This document shows positions 16,813 to 26,679 of a stretch of DNA of 37,193 bases, piece after piece (position 1 is the stretch's first letter; each line of letters begins with the position of its first letter). Below the pieces are notes generated by a model. It saw nothing but the letters and a program-made list of their open reading frames with translations. It was not told where the DNA came from and searched no databases. A program made the position numbers and the translations under genes. Source of the DNA: Deltaproteobacteria bacterium (GTDB taxonomy: Bacteria; Desulfobacterota; Binatia; UBA12015); the NCBI GenBank assembly GCA_046583355.1, contig JAYGCM010000086.1:1-37193 (forward strand), given 5' to 3'.

Positions 16813-17589
16813 TCAGCCCGCGGCGTAGGCGGCTCCGCCGTCAACTTTGATTACGCTGCCGGTGGTATAGCTCGCCAGATCACTGGCGAGGTAGAGCGCC
16901 GCCCCGACGATTTCGTCGGGGTTGCCGGCGCGCCGCAGCGGGATGCTGTGCTCGAAATGGTCAAAGGCCTCCTTGGGCCACGCCTTGCTGATCTCGGTGA
17001 GAAACGGGCCGGGCATGATGCAATTGACGCGAACCTTCGGTGCCAGAGCGCGGGCGAGTCCCATCGTCAAGTTGTTGAGGCCGGCCTTGGCGATGGCGTA
17101 GGGGAGATCGATTGCCGTCGGCATGACGGCGGCGACGCTCGAGATATTGATGATCGACCCGCCGTCTCCCGCCACCATCTTTTCGCCCAGTACCGAGGAG
17201 AGCCGGAAGGGCCCTTTGATATTGACGCCGATGACCTTGTCCCAAAGTTCCTCGCTGACCTCGGTGAGCGAAGGGTAGAGCGGCGACATGCCGGCATTAT
17301 TCACGAGAATATCGACCTTGCCGAAATGCTCCAGCGCGCGTGCCGCGAGTGCGTCGCAGGCCTGCCAGTCGCCGATATGAGTCGCGACGGCGAGAGCGCG
17401 GCGGCCGGTTTCGGCCTCGACCTCGGCGGCGAGGGCTTCGCAGGCATCGGCCTTGCGACTGGCGATCACCACGTCGGCGCCGTGGCGCGCGAAGGCGAGC
17501 ACGATCTCGCGGCCGAGTCCGCGGCTGCCGCCCGTGACCAGCGCCACCTTGCCTTGTAAATCGAATCGGGCCTCGTTGGGATCAGTCAT
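16813..17589 (-). CDS. Short-chain dehydrogenase/reductase (SDR)
   Basis: TGGSRGLG, VNNAG, NISS, YAIAK (YxxxK), VRVNCIMPG, VDGG. Confidence 0.95.
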   Translation of the reverse strand: MTDPNEARFDLQGKVALVTGGSRGLGREIVLAFARHGADVVIASRKADACEALAAEVEAETGRRALAVATHIGDWQACDALAARALEHFGKVDILVNNAGMSPLYPSLTEVSEELWDKVIGVNIKGPFRLSSVLGEKMVAGDGGSIINISSVAAVMPTAIDLPYAIAKAGLNNLTMGLARALAPKVRVNCIMPGPFLTEISKAWPKEAFDHFEHSIPLRRAGNPDEIVGAALYLASDLASYTTGSVIKVDGGAAYAAG

Positions 17590-17619
17590 GCTGGGGGTGT
17601 GTTACACACGTCCAGATTC

Positions 17620-18582
17620 ATGCGCAAAAAGCACGACTACCGCGGCCGCTTCGCGCCGTCCCCGACCGGTGCGCTTCATCTCGGTTGCGTGGCTGCGGCA
17701 CTCATTACCTGGCTCGCCGCGCGCCAGGCCGGCGGCCATCTGGTTCTACGTGTGGAAGACCTCGACTCGGCGCGCCTCGTATCTGGGATGGTGGAAGAGC
17801 AATTGGGCGATCTGCTCTGGCTCGGGCTCGATTGGGACGAGGGTCCCGGCCAGGACGTCCCGACCGTTTCCTTTGTCCAATCGCAGCGCCTGCCTCTCTA
17901 TGCGGCCGCGCTTGCCACCTTGGAGGCGCGCGGCCTTCTTTATTTATGTGACTGCTCGCGCAAGGAAATCGCGAGTCTCGCCAGCGCGCCCCATGCCGGC
18001 GAGGACGGCCCGGTCTATCCCGGCCTGTGTCGCAGCTACGGCATGAAAGAGCGATCCTTTCGCCGCCCACCCGCGATCCGCGTCCGCGTGCCGGATGTGG
18101 AGGTGGTTGTCGAAGACCGTTTTCAGGGCCGCTTTACGCAGCATTTGGCCCGCGAGGTGGGTGATTTCGTGCTTCGCCGCGGCGACGGCGTTCCGACTTA
18201 TCAGCTGGCCGTGGTCGTCGATGACCTGGCGATGGGCATTACGGAGGTCGTGCGTGGGGCTGATCTGCTGGGCTCCGCGCCGCGTCAGGCCTGGCTGGCC
18301 GAGGCGCTTGGCGGGAAGGCACCGAACTTTGCCCATCTGGCATTGCTGCGGGAGGCCGGTGGGGAGCGTCTCGCCAAGCGAGCCCGGCATGCGTCGCTGG
18401 GCGAGTACCGCCGGGCCGGGCGTCGTCCGGCAGAGGTCCTCGGTACGCTGGCGGCCCTTTTCGGCCTGGTCGACCCTGCGCTGGCCCGAGGTGGCCTGAG
18501 CGCTGCGGATCTGGTCGATATGGCCGATCTCTCCGGCCTCGTCGGTCGCGCCACCGTGGGCCTGCCGGCGGCAGGGATCTAG
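17620..18582 (+). CDS. gluQ: tRNA glutamyl-Q(34) synthetase (GluQRS)
   Basis: RGRFAPSPTGALHLG, LRVEDLD, CDCSRKE...YPGLC zinc site, GDFVLRRGDG..TYQLAVVVDD, RGADLL, RLAKR; no anticodon-binding domain. Confidence 0.92.
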   Translation: MRKKHDYRGRFAPSPTGALHLGCVAAALITWLAARQAGGHLVLRVEDLDSARLVSGMVEEQLGDLLWLGLDWDEGPGQDVPTVSFVQSQRLPLYAAALATLEARGLLYLCDCSRKEIASLASAPHAGEDGPVYPGLCRSYGMKERSFRRPPAIRVRVPDVEVVVEDRFQGRFTQHLAREVGDFVLRRGDGVPTYQLAVVVDDLAMGITEVVRGADLLGSAPRQAWLAEALGGKAPNFAHLALLREAGGERLAKRARHASLGEYRRAGRRPAEVLGTLAALFGLVDPALARGGLSAADLVDMADLSGLVGRATVGLPAAGI

Positions 18583-18613
18583 AGGTGCGGCCTACTTTTC
18601 GGCCGGGCCTCTA
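18580..18613. repeat. Full-length 34-bp family B imperfect palindrome providing both stop codons of two convergent genes
   Basis: TAGAGGTGCGGCC-TACTTTTC-GGCCGGGCCTCTA. The first TAG is the gluQ stop; the final CTA is the acyltransferase stop. Confidence 0.85.
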
Positions 18614-19666
18614 AAGGTCCAGGTTGAGGAGAGGCCAACCCGACGCGCGCAGGCGTTGGTTCTGTTCGACCAGCCATCTGCCCAGGAATACGAAGAAAAT
18701 CGAGCCGGTCAGCAGGACGCCGGTATAGATCCAGAGATTGAAATTTTCAAAGACGCCGCCGACGCAACCATAGAGATTGCAGGCACCGCCGAAGCGGTAG
18801 AGGAAGGCGTTGTGGGTAAGGATCTGGCCCAGGTAGAGGCCCCACGAATGCTGGCCGAGCCAGGAAAGTGGGCGCTCCAACGCCGAGATGCCGGCGAGGC
18901 CGGACATCAGGGCGAGCAAGAGCACGGTGAGCGGCAATTCAAGAAGCCGGTCCGCGACGCGCCACCACTCCAGCAACCAGAGCCGGTCTTCGATGCTGTA
19001 GAGGGGAAGCAGAACCAAGGCGGCCGCAGTGATCGAGCGCCAGCCGATCGCGTCAACACGGTCGGCAAGCCACATTCCGAAGGCGATATGCAGGGCGAAG
19101 CGCGGCGCGAAGATCAGCCAGCCTCCGTCGGTCAATAATTTCTTGAGCTCCAGCGGGTACATCGTCACCGGCAAGGTGAGCAGGAAGGCAAGGGCGAGGA
19201 GCACGGCGAAGCCGAATTTCCGCCGCACCCAATAGAAGGCCGGGAAGAGGATGACGAATTGCAGGATCAAGCTGACAAACCAGCTTGCGCCGATTTGCTT
19301 GAACCAACCGATCAGATGCCAGAAGGGCAGGCCGAGGGTGATGCGGACCATCGGGTCGGGCGGGTTGAGGATCGCGACCATGGCCCACCAGGCAAGCGCT
19401 GTGGCCCAGGCCGGAATGAGAATACGTTTGAAGGCGCGAAGGTACCAGTCCGCGACCCGGCCTGCGGGTGCTCGCCGCTTGAACCAGCCCTCGGAGTTCA
19501 CACCGAAAAGAACCAGGAAGATGGGTACGGAATGGTAGAATAAAAAGGTCATCCACCGCGAGTCGGCAAGTACCCAGGAGTGGATCAGGGTGACGCCGAG
19601 GATCGCCCAGCCCTTGACCATATCGATCTGAGGCAGGCGCCTATCGTGCATTTCCGAGACGGCCAA
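18611..19666 (-). CDS. Acyltransferase family 3 (membrane O-acyltransferase)
   Basis: RLPQIDMVKGWAILGVTLIH, VPIFLVLFG, WFVSLILQF, WLGQHSWGLYLGQ; about 10 TM segments. Start may be ATG 19651. Confidence 0.85.
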   Translation of the reverse strand: MAVSEMHDRRLPQIDMVKGWAILGVTLIHSWVLADSRWMTFLFYHSVPIFLVLFGVNSEGWFKRRAPAGRVADWYLRAFKRILIPAWATALAWWAMVAILNPPDPMVRITLGLPFWHLIGWFKQIGASWFVSLILQFVILFPAFYWVRRKFGFAVLLALAFLLTLPVTMYPLELKKLLTDGGWLIFAPRFALHIAFGMWLADRVDAIGWRSITAAALVLLPLYSIEDRLWLLEWWRVADRLLELPLTVLLLALMSGLAGISALERPLSWLGQHSWGLYLGQILTHNAFLYRFGGACNLYGCVGGVFENFNLWIYTGVLLTGSIFFVFLGRWLVEQNQRLRASGWPLLNLDL

Positions 19667-19736
19667 GGCCTCAGCGGATACCTCTTGCGCGAGGCGGATG
19701 CGAGGCCTGCTGCCGCAGGGTAGAAGCGGGAGAGTA

Positions 19737-20375
19737 ATGTCTTATGCGGTGAAGGAGCTCTACTATACCCTTCAGGGTGAGGGCGCGCGGGTTGGTCGGG
19801 CGGCGGTTTTCTGCCGCTTTACCGGATGTAACCTTTGGAGCGGCCGCGAGGCGGACCGCGCCGCGGCAGCCTGTAATTTCTGCGACACCGATTTTGTCGG
19901 CACCGATGGCCCCGGTGGCGGCCGCTTCGCCGATTGTGGCGAACTCGCCGATGCCATCGTGGCCTGCTGGCAGCCCATCGCGTCTTCGGGGGCCTCTCCC
20001 TACGTGGTCTTCACCGGCGGCGAACCCTTGTTGCAGCTCGATGCGGCGCTGATCGAGGCCTGTCACAAGCGCGGCTTCGAGGTGGCCGTGGAGACCAACG
20101 GCACCATCGAGGCGCCGCCGGGTATCGACTGGCTGACCGTCAGCCCCAAACCGGGCTCCGAGCTGGTCGTGCGCAGCGGCCATGAGCTGAAGTTGGTTTT
20201 CCCGCAGGCCGTGACACCGGAAATGGTCGAGCATCTGGCCTTCGAGCTCTTCTACCTGCAGCCGCTCGACGGACCCGGCCGGGAGCAGGCGACCGGGCAG
20301 GCTGTCGCCTTTTGCCGCGACCATCCGCGCTGGCGCCTCAGCCTGCAGACCCACAAAAGTGCGGGTTTTCCCTGA
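19737..20375 (+). CDS. queE: 7-carboxy-7-deazaguanine synthase (radical SAM, Cx14CxxC type)
   Basis: YTLQGEG, RFTGC-NLWSGREADRAAAA-CNFCDTDF, TGGEPLLQ, VETNGT, TVSPK, LSLQTHK. Confidence 0.95.
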   Translation: MSYAVKELYYTLQGEGARVGRAAVFCRFTGCNLWSGREADRAAAACNFCDTDFVGTDGPGGGRFADCGELADAIVACWQPIASSGASPYVVFTGGEPLLQLDAALIEACHKRGFEVAVETNGTIEAPPGIDWLTVSPKPGSELVVRSGHELKLVFPQAVTPEMVEHLAFELFYLQPLDGPGREQATGQAVAFCRDHPRWRLSLQTHKSAGFP

Positions 20376-20472
20376 CTCGAAATGACCCCTCTAAAAGGTC
20401 GCAGGTGATTGATTCTGCGACAATCTCGAATCGGAAAAGAAAAGCCCGCTTGATTTTACAGCACTTTTTCGT

Positions 20473-20488
20473 TGGCAGTGAAATTGCG
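20473..20488 (+). promoter_or_regulatory. Putative sigma54 promoter of the SRPBCC gene
   Basis: TGGCAGTGAAATTGCG, close to the consensus TGGCAC-N5-TTGC, preceded by an AT-rich tract. Confidence 0.65.
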
Positions 20489-20501
20489 ACAGCGGCGTCT
20501 C

Positions 20502-20990
20502 ATGTCCCAGATCGAGTTTGAGGTAGCGGGCCGCCTTGAGGCGGAGCCGGCACGTGTATGGTCCCGGCTGATCGACTCGGAGTCCGTGGCCGAGTGGCTC
20601 GACGATGTGACCAGCGTGGCGGCAGCCGATGGCGAAGGCGCCGTGGCGCGTCTCTCGGGCGAAGATGGTCGCTCCTGGGTGGATGTCCGCGTGACGGGTC
20701 TGGAGCCGCGTCGTCACCTCGGCCTCCACCTCAACCGCCCCTCGGCGCTTCTGCGTGAGGCTTGCGTGAACGTCGAGCTCTCGCCGGACGCATCCGGCAC
20801 AGCCTACCGCCTCGGTGTGGTCTGCCGCCCGCATCTGTTGGCGCGGCCGCTCTCGCCATTGTTGCGGTTGCGCGCCGAGGTGGCGACGCAACGTGCCGTG
20901 CGTGGCTTCAAGGCGCTGGTTGACGCGGATACCCGCGAGCGCCACGCCCGGGCTTCAGCGGAAGGCGGGCAGGACTTGCTCGGCAAATAG
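20502..20990 (+). CDS. SRPBCC/START-fold (polyketide cyclase-like) protein
   Basis: AEPARVWSRLIDSESVAEW...VTGLEPRRHL... with a C-terminal helix (FKALVD). The 3' end overlaps the convergent gene by 36 bp. Confidence 0.7.
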   Translation: MSQIEFEVAGRLEAEPARVWSRLIDSESVAEWLDDVTSVAAADGEGAVARLSGEDGRSWVDVRVTGLEPRRHLGLHLNRPSALLREACVNVELSPDASGTAYRLGVVCRPHLLARPLSPLLRLRAEVATQRAVRGFKALVDADTRERHARASAEGGQDLLGK

Positions 20991-21896
20991 CTCGAGTGAT
21001 TCGTGCGGCGGCTTGCGCCCGAAGCTGAGGATCAGCGTCGTGGCCCCGGCCGCGACGGTCTTCTCAATACGCTCGATGCATTGCGCGGGAGTGCCGGCGA
21101 TGACCCAATCCTCGCCACCGCCGAGGAAGGGCAGCTCGGCGAGAATTGCCTCGCGGGCGCGCCGGCCTTCTGCCTCGGTTGCGCCGATGGCGGCAGTGGT
21201 CTGTTGGGAAATCTCGATCTCGCTGAAATCGCGGTCGATTTTGTCGCAGTGGCGCTTCAGCACTTCGACTTTATGTGGCAACTCGGCTTGTGCGAGCCCG
21301 AGATTATTCCAGATCTGCGCATGCTCAGCGACCAGTCGCAGCAGCACCTTCTCGCCACCACCACCGATGAGAATCGGGATCTGCCCCAGCGGCTTGGGTT
21401 CACACCAGGCCTCTTCAATATGGAATTGTTCGCCGAAAAAACTCGCCGGCGAGTCCTTCCACATGGCCTGAATCAGCTGCAGCCCCTCGTCGAGTTGCTT
21501 GAGGCGTTTGCGCACGGGCGGGAAGGGCAGGCCGTAGGCCAACGCTTCTTGCTCGTGCCAGCCGCAGCCGAGGCCGAGGATGAAGCGCCCGCCGGAGATA
21601 TGGTCGAGTGTGGCGGCCATCTTTGCCAGCAAGGAGGGGTGGCGGTAGCCGAGGCAGAGCACGAGGTGGCCGAGTGTGATGCGCTCGGTTGCCGCGGCCA
21701 GCGCGGCAATTTCGGTCCAACCTTCGAAGATGCTTTCGCTTGGCTCGGGGATGCTGAAGACGTGGTCGACGGCCCAGAGGGAGTCGTAGCCCAGGCGCTC
21801 GCATAGCTTTGCCGTGGCGAGGACCTCGGCCCACTCAGCTCCGTGCTGCGGCAGGCAGACGCCGAAGCGGATCTTTGGCCTGACCATCGCGCTCAA
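20955..21896 (-). CDS. LLM-class (luciferase-like) oxidoreductase, probably F420- or FMN-dependent
   Basis: GYDSLWAVDH, EGWTEIAALAAATERITLG, YRHPSLLAKMAATLDHISGGRFILGLGCGW, IPILIGGGGEK. Confidence 0.92.
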   Translation of the reverse strand: MSAMVRPKIRFGVCLPQHGAEWAEVLATAKLCERLGYDSLWAVDHVFSIPEPSESIFEGWTEIAALAAATERITLGHLVLCLGYRHPSLLAKMAATLDHISGGRFILGLGCGWHEQEALAYGLPFPPVRKRLKQLDEGLQLIQAMWKDSPASFFGEQFHIEEAWCEPKPLGQIPILIGGGGEKVLLRLVAEHAQIWNNLGLAQAELPHKVEVLKRHCDKIDRDFSEIEISQQTTAAIGATEAEGRRAREAILAELPFLGGGEDWVIAGTPAQCIERIEKTVAAGATTLILSFGRKPPHESLELFAEQVLPAFR

Positions 21897-22423
21897 TGCT
21901 CGTGGTCGTGATGATGGTGGTCGTGGTCCTCGTCCTCGTCGGGCACCAGCGCGACGTCGGGGATGGCACGGGCGCGGAGTAGCTCGGCAACCTCGGGGAA
22001 GGCTTTTTGCAGAGTATCGAAGCGCGCAGCCTTGCCGCCGACCTTGGAGGCGAGGAAATCTTCGTAGGTCACAAGCGCCGCCAAGAGGGCGTCTTTCTGG
22101 CCGTCCTTGATGGTGCCGGAATCGTCGATGCTTTCGTTGATGGCCTCAGCGAGGTCGTCGAGTTTGCCGCCGCTTTTCTCGGAGAGTCGGTGGTGCATGA
22201 AATCCGACCAGAGCGCCTGGAAGGCGGCGGTGCTCGGTCCCTCGCGGCGCAGGCCGGCGCTGAGCGTGTAGACGCGACGGGCGAGCGCGGCATAATCGCC
22301 GATGCCGCGGCGCGAGTGGAAGGCGCCGAGTCGGACGAATTTATCGCGTACGGCCGCCGCCGAGCCACCGTCGCCGATTACCGCAAGTGCTTCTTCTAAT
22401 TCTTCAATGCTGAGATTCGCCAT
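21893..22423 (-). CDS. Hypothetical helical protein with acidic/His-rich C-terminus
   Basis: GGGAGGG RBS before ATG 22423 (MANLSIEELEE...); ends DEDEDHDHHHHDHEH; 4-bp overlap with the LLM gene. Confidence 0.8.
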   Translation of the reverse strand: MANLSIEELEEALAVIGDGGSAAAVRDKFVRLGAFHSRRGIGDYAALARRVYTLSAGLRREGPSTAAFQALWSDFMHHRLSEKSGGKLDDLAEAINESIDDSGTIKDGQKDALLAALVTYEDFLASKVGGKAARFDTLQKAFPEVAELLRARAIPDVALVPDEDEDHDHHHHDHEH

Positions 22424-22433
22424 ATTCCCTCCC

Positions 22434-22467
22434 TGGAGGCCCGATCTACTTTTCGGCCGCACCCCTG
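22434..22467. repeat. Full-length family B element in a divergent intergenic region
   Basis: TGGAGGCCCGATC-TACTTTTC-GGCCGCACCCCTG. Confidence 0.7.
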
Positions 22468-22603
22468 GTCGGCCCCGCTTAACCATATGTGGCAAGCGAT
22501 GGAAATGTTGCGCAATCCATCGGCGCAGCGGCGCGTCACCGGGGGCCGGGCTTTTGGCCTGCGGATATGAAACAAAGGCGCCGCGGCCCGGCCCGCTTCG
22601 TTC

Positions 22604-23587
22604 ATGCTCGGATTCCTGACGCATCGCCTCCTGGTAATGATCCCTTTGTTGTTGGGGATTACCTTCATCTCGTTTCTGGTGGTGGCGTTGGCGCCGGGGG
22701 ATTTCTTCGGTGCGCTTTCGATGAACCCGGCGATCTCGCCCGAGGCGATCGAGGCGATGAAGGCCGACTTCGGCTACGGCGACCCGCTGCTGGAGCGCTA
22801 CGCGAAATGGCTTTGGCGGGCCGTGCAGGGGGATCTCGGTGTCTCGCTCGGGCACCGCGTGCCGGTGACGACACTGATCGCCGCGCGCGCCGGCAATACG
22901 CTGATCCTCTCGCTCGCCGCAGCTCTCTTCACCTGGACCTTGGCGATCCCATTGGGCGTGTTCGTGGCGACCCGACGTGGACGTCTCTCCGATCGTGCTC
23001 TGTCGATGGTCGGCCTGCTCGGCATGTCGATCCCCAACTTTTTCCTTGCCTTTCTTCTGATGCGCTGGGCCCTGCATACCGGGTGGTTCCCGGTTGGCGG
23101 GAGCTTCTCCCTGGATTATGAAAAGCTGAGTGCGGGCGCGAAAATTCTCGACCGCCTGCACCACCTGATCCTGCCGACGATCGTTCTCGGCACCGCCGGC
23201 ATGGGGAGTCTGATGCGTCTTATGCGCAGCGCCGTGATCGAGATCGAGCGCTCGGATTATGTGCGGACGGCGCGGGCCAAGGGGCTGGGGGAGGGGCGTG
23301 TGCTCTTTCGTCATGTTCTGCGCAACGCGATGAATCCTTTCGTGACCTTGGCAGGCTATGAACTCGGTAGTCTGCTCGGTGGCGCGGCCCTGGTGGAGAA
23401 CGTGATGAACCTCCAAGGGCTCGGATCGTTGATGCTCGAGGCCGTGCTCGCGCTCGATATCTATCTGGTGATGGGATCGGTGCTGGTGGGGTCCTTGCTG
23501 CTGCTGGTGGGTAACCTGATCGCTGATCTTCTTTTGGTTCTGGTGGACCCGCGCATCGACTTCGGTCGCCTTGAGGCCGTGCGATGA
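22604..23587 (+). CDS. Oligopeptide/dipeptide ABC transporter permease (OppB/DppB-like)
   Basis: APGD, GDLGVS, SIPNF, HLILP, DYVRTARAKGL (EAA loop), DPRI. Confidence 0.95.
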   Translation: MLGFLTHRLLVMIPLLLGITFISFLVVALAPGDFFGALSMNPAISPEAIEAMKADFGYGDPLLERYAKWLWRAVQGDLGVSLGHRVPVTTLIAARAGNTLILSLAAALFTWTLAIPLGVFVATRRGRLSDRALSMVGLLGMSIPNFFLAFLLMRWALHTGWFPVGGSFSLDYEKLSAGAKILDRLHHLILPTIVLGTAGMGSLMRLMRSAVIEIERSDYVRTARAKGLGEGRVLFRHVLRNAMNPFVTLAGYELGSLLGGAALVENVMNLQGLGSLMLEAVLALDIYLVMGSVLVGSLLLLVGNLIADLLLVLVDPRIDFGRLEAVR

Positions 23588-24603
23588 GGTGGCTGGCACG
23601 GCTGCGCCAATGGTTCAGTCTGAGCGCGTTGGTGCTTCTGCTGCTCTACGCCTCGGCCATCTTCGCGCCCTGGTTCTCGTTGCATACTCCCGACCACCAA
23701 TACCGCGCCGCGCCCGACGCCCCGCCAATGGCGCTGCACCTCGCGGCGCCGGGCGATTGGCTCACCACGGGACTTCTCTACGTGCATCCGCAGCGCCTGG
23801 TCGACCCGATGCGCCGTACCTATCTTGTCGACACGACCCGCCGTGTGCCGCTTGCGTTTTTCGCTGATGGTCATCTTCTCGCGCCGCTGGACTCCCGCGA
23901 GCAGGTCTTTCTTCTCGGCACCGATGCGCTCGGTCGCTCCCTGCTCTCGCGCCTGCTTTTTGGCGGGCGTGTCAGCCTCTCGATCGGCATCGTCGGCGTT
24001 CTGATCAGCCTCTCTATAGGTACGGTGGTGGGTGTCACGGCCGGCTTTGTCGGCGGCCGGGTCGATAATATCCTGATGCGCCTCTGTGAGGTGATGATGG
24101 CGCTGCCCTCATTTTTCTTCTTGCTAGCGCTAGCGGCGATCATTCCACCAGGCCTCTCGCCGGTGCAGACTTTCTTCTTGCTGGTGGCGATGATGAGCTT
24201 CATTCGCTGGGCCGGCTTCGCGCGCGTGCTGCGCGGCATGACGGCATCGATCCGTGAACTCGAATACGTGCAGGCCGCGCGCGCCTTGGGCGCGTCGCCA
24301 TGGCGTACGGCTGTGCGCCATGTCCTGCCGGCGACCTTCTCCTATACGCTGGTGGCGGCAACGCTGGCGATCCCCGGGTTCATTCTCGGCGAAAGCGCTC
24401 TGTCGCTTCTCGGTGTGGGGATTCAGGAGCCCGCCACGAGCTGGGGCGCACTCCTGCGCGATGCTCAGAACCTGACCAACCTGGACCACCGGCCTTGGGT
24501 GCTCGCCCCCGGAATCTTGATTGTTATCACGACGATGGCTTTCAACTTCCTGGGCGACCAGCTGCGCGACCGGCTCGACCCCTATGAGGCGGGCCGTGGC
24601 TGA
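23584..24603 (+). CDS. Oligopeptide/dipeptide ABC transporter permease (OppC/DppC-like)
   Basis: [52 protein letters not shown]. Confidence 0.95.
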   Translation: MRWLARLRQWFSLSALVLLLLYASAIFAPWFSLHTPDHQYRAAPDAPPMALHLAAPGDWLTTGLLYVHPQRLVDPMRRTYLVDTTRRVPLAFFADGHLLAPLDSREQVFLLGTDALGRSLLSRLLFGGRVSLSIGIVGVLISLSIGTVVGVTAGFVGGRVDNILMRLCEVMMALPSFFFLLALAAIIPPGLSPVQTFFLLVAMMSFIRWAGFARVLRGMTASIRELEYVQAARALGASPWRTAVRHVLPATFSYTLVAATLAIPGFILGESALSLLGVGIQEPATSWGALLRDAQNLTNLDHRPWVLAPGILIVITTMAFNFLGDQLRDRLDPYEAGRG

Positions 24604-25591
24604 GGTGCCGCTGCTTGAGGTCGAGGACCTGGTTGTCGATTTCCGTACCCCACGAGGTCGCCTGCGTGCTGTTGACGGCGCGTCCTTCACCCTTCAGCGC
24701 GGCGAGACACTCGGGCTGGTGGGCGAGTCGGGCTCGGGCAAGAGCGTTACCTCGCTGGCGATTCTCGGCCTGCTGGGAGAAGGCGCCGAGGTTGTTTCGG
24801 GGCGCATTCTCTTCGCCGGTCGCGACCTGCTCCGACTCGGCACGCGGGATTTGCGCGCGGTGCGCGGGGCGCGCATCGCGATGATCTTCCAGGAGCCGAT
24901 GACTTCGCTCAATCCTCTCTTTACGGTGGGGGCACAGATCGCCGAAGCTGTGCGTCTGCATGAGCGTGCGAGTCGGCGTGCTGCCTGGGCGCGCGCCATT
25001 GAGATGCTCCATCTGGTCGAGATTCCGGAGCCGCGGTTGCGCGCCTCGTCGTATCCGCATGAGCTCTCCGGCGGTATGCGCCAGCGCGTGATGATCGCCA
25101 TGGCTCTGGCCTGCAGGCCGGAGTTGCTGATCGCCGACGAGCCGACGACGGCCTTGGACGTGACGATCGAAGCCCAGATCCTCGACCTTCTCGCCGGCCT
25201 GCAACGTCGCTTCGGCATGAGCGTCTTGCTGATCACGCATGACCTGGGCGTGGTGGCGAGTCAGGCCGACGCGGTGGCGATGCTCTATTCCGGCCGCGTG
25301 GTCGAGCGTGCCCCGGCCGGAGCGCTCTTTGCGGCGCCGGCGCACCCCTATACGCGGCTATTGCTGGACTCGCTGCCGCGGCTCCACGAGCGCCGCGAGC
25401 GCCTCCAGGCGATCCCCGGCGTGGTGCCCGACCCGGAGGCGCGGCCCTCGGGCTGCCGCTTCCACGACCGCTGCTGGCGCGCTACGGCGGAGTGCTCGGC
25501 TAGCGAGCCGGTTCTGGCGCCGCCTGGGGGCACGGCCGAGGCGCGCGAAGTGGCCTGCTTTCACTCGCTCGCGCCGGGGGAGGGGCCATGA
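24596..25591 (+). CDS. Oligopeptide/dipeptide ABC transporter ATPase (OppD/DppD-like)
   Basis: [50 protein letters not shown]. Start GTG 24596. Confidence 0.95.
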   Translation: MAEVPLLEVEDLVVDFRTPRGRLRAVDGASFTLQRGETLGLVGESGSGKSVTSLAILGLLGEGAEVVSGRILFAGRDLLRLGTRDLRAVRGARIAMIFQEPMTSLNPLFTVGAQIAEAVRLHERASRRAAWARAIEMLHLVEIPEPRLRASSYPHELSGGMRQRVMIAMALACRPELLIADEPTTALDVTIEAQILDLLAGLQRRFGMSVLLITHDLGVVASQADAVAMLYSGRVVERAPAGALFAAPAHPYTRLLLDSLPRLHERRERLQAIPGVVPDPEARPSGCRFHDRCWRATAECSASEPVLAPPGGTAEAREVACFHSLAPGEGP

Positions 25592-26568
25592 GCGAACGTC
25601 CCTTGGTCGAAGCACGCGATCTGGTCAAAGAGTTTCCGCTCGCCCGCAAAACCTTCGCCAAGACACCGGTCGTACACGCGGTGCAGGGGATCAGCCTGGA
25701 GATCGCGCGCGGCGAGACGCTCGGCATCGTGGGTGAGTCGGGCTGCGGAAAATCGACATTGGGCCGGATGCTTTTGCATCTACTACAGCCGACATCGGGT
25801 GAAGTCATTTTTGACGGAAAGCGCCTTGCGGATCTTGGCGCGGTGGCGCTGCGGCGCTTGCGGCGCGAGATGCAAATCGTCTTTCAGGATCCCTTTGCCT
25901 CGCTCGACCCGCGCATGCGGGTGGGGCGGATCATCGCCGAGGGCCTCGAGATCCACGGGCTTGCGCGCGGCCCGGCACTGGAGGCGCGCGTCGCAGAGTT
26001 GCTGCTTGAGGTCGGCCTTCGCCCCGAATACGCGCAGCGCTTCCCGCACGAGTTCAGCGGCGGCCAGCGCCAGCGGATCGGCATCGCGCGGGCGCTGGCG
26101 GTCGAGCCTCGTTTTCTCGTCTTGGACGAGCCCGTTTCCGCGCTCGACGTCTCGGTTCAAGCACAGGTTGTGAACCTCCTCGCGGACCTGCAAAAACGCC
26201 ATGGCCTGGCGTATTTCTTCATTGCTCATGATCTGCGTATCGTGGCGCATCTCAGCCACCGCATCGCCATCCTCTACCTCGGCCGCATCGTCGAGATCGC
26301 GCCCACCGAAACGCTCCTGAGCCAGCCACGCCACCCCTACACGCGCGCCTTGCTCTCCGCCGTCCCCGAACTCGACGCCCGCCCCAAGGAGCGCGTCGTC
26401 CTGCAAGGTGATGTCCCGAGCCCCATCTCGCCGCCTCCCGGCTGCGCCTTTCACCCGCGCTGCCCCTACGCCGAGGACCGCTGCCGCATCGAGCGTCCGC
26501 GCCTCACGCAGACCGCGCCCGGCCAAAAGGTAGCCTGCCACGTCCTCCCCCCCCTCCCGTTGCCGTAA
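25588..26568 (+). CDS. Oligopeptide/dipeptide ABC transporter ATPase (OppF/DppF-like)
   Basis: [44 protein letters not shown]. Confidence 0.95.
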   Translation: MSERPLVEARDLVKEFPLARKTFAKTPVVHAVQGISLEIARGETLGIVGESGCGKSTLGRMLLHLLQPTSGEVIFDGKRLADLGAVALRRLRREMQIVFQDPFASLDPRMRVGRIIAEGLEIHGLARGPALEARVAELLLEVGLRPEYAQRFPHEFSGGQRQRIGIARALAVEPRFLVLDEPVSALDVSVQAQVVNLLADLQKRHGLAYFFIAHDLRIVAHLSHRIAILYLGRIVEIAPTETLLSQPRHPYTRALLSAVPELDARPKERVVLQGDVPSPISPPPGCAFHPRCPYAEDRCRIERPRLTQTAPGQKVACHVLPPLPLP

Positions 26569-26599
26569 TCCTCAGAACCAGCAATGATATCACTCCCGT

Positions 26600-26636
26600 G
26601 TCCCCTTCAGGGGACGTGTACCGAAAGCTGTCCCCC
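26600..26636 (+). repeat. Family A REP-like element copy 2
   Basis: GTCCCCTTCAGGGGACGTGTACCGAAAGCTGTCCCCC. Confidence 0.85.
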
Positions 26637-26679
26637 CAAGGGAATATCGCCCGAGAGAACTCGTTGTTGAGGAGAAGGT

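Noticed and set aside
19667..19736. preQ1 riboswitch upstream of queE
   Set aside because: No recognisable preQ1 stem-loop with an A-rich tail.
22424..23599. N-terminal ~390 aa of the 568-aa ORF 21893..23599
   Set aside because: Antisense to the OppB-like permease. The real gene starts at ATG 22423 behind a strong RBS.
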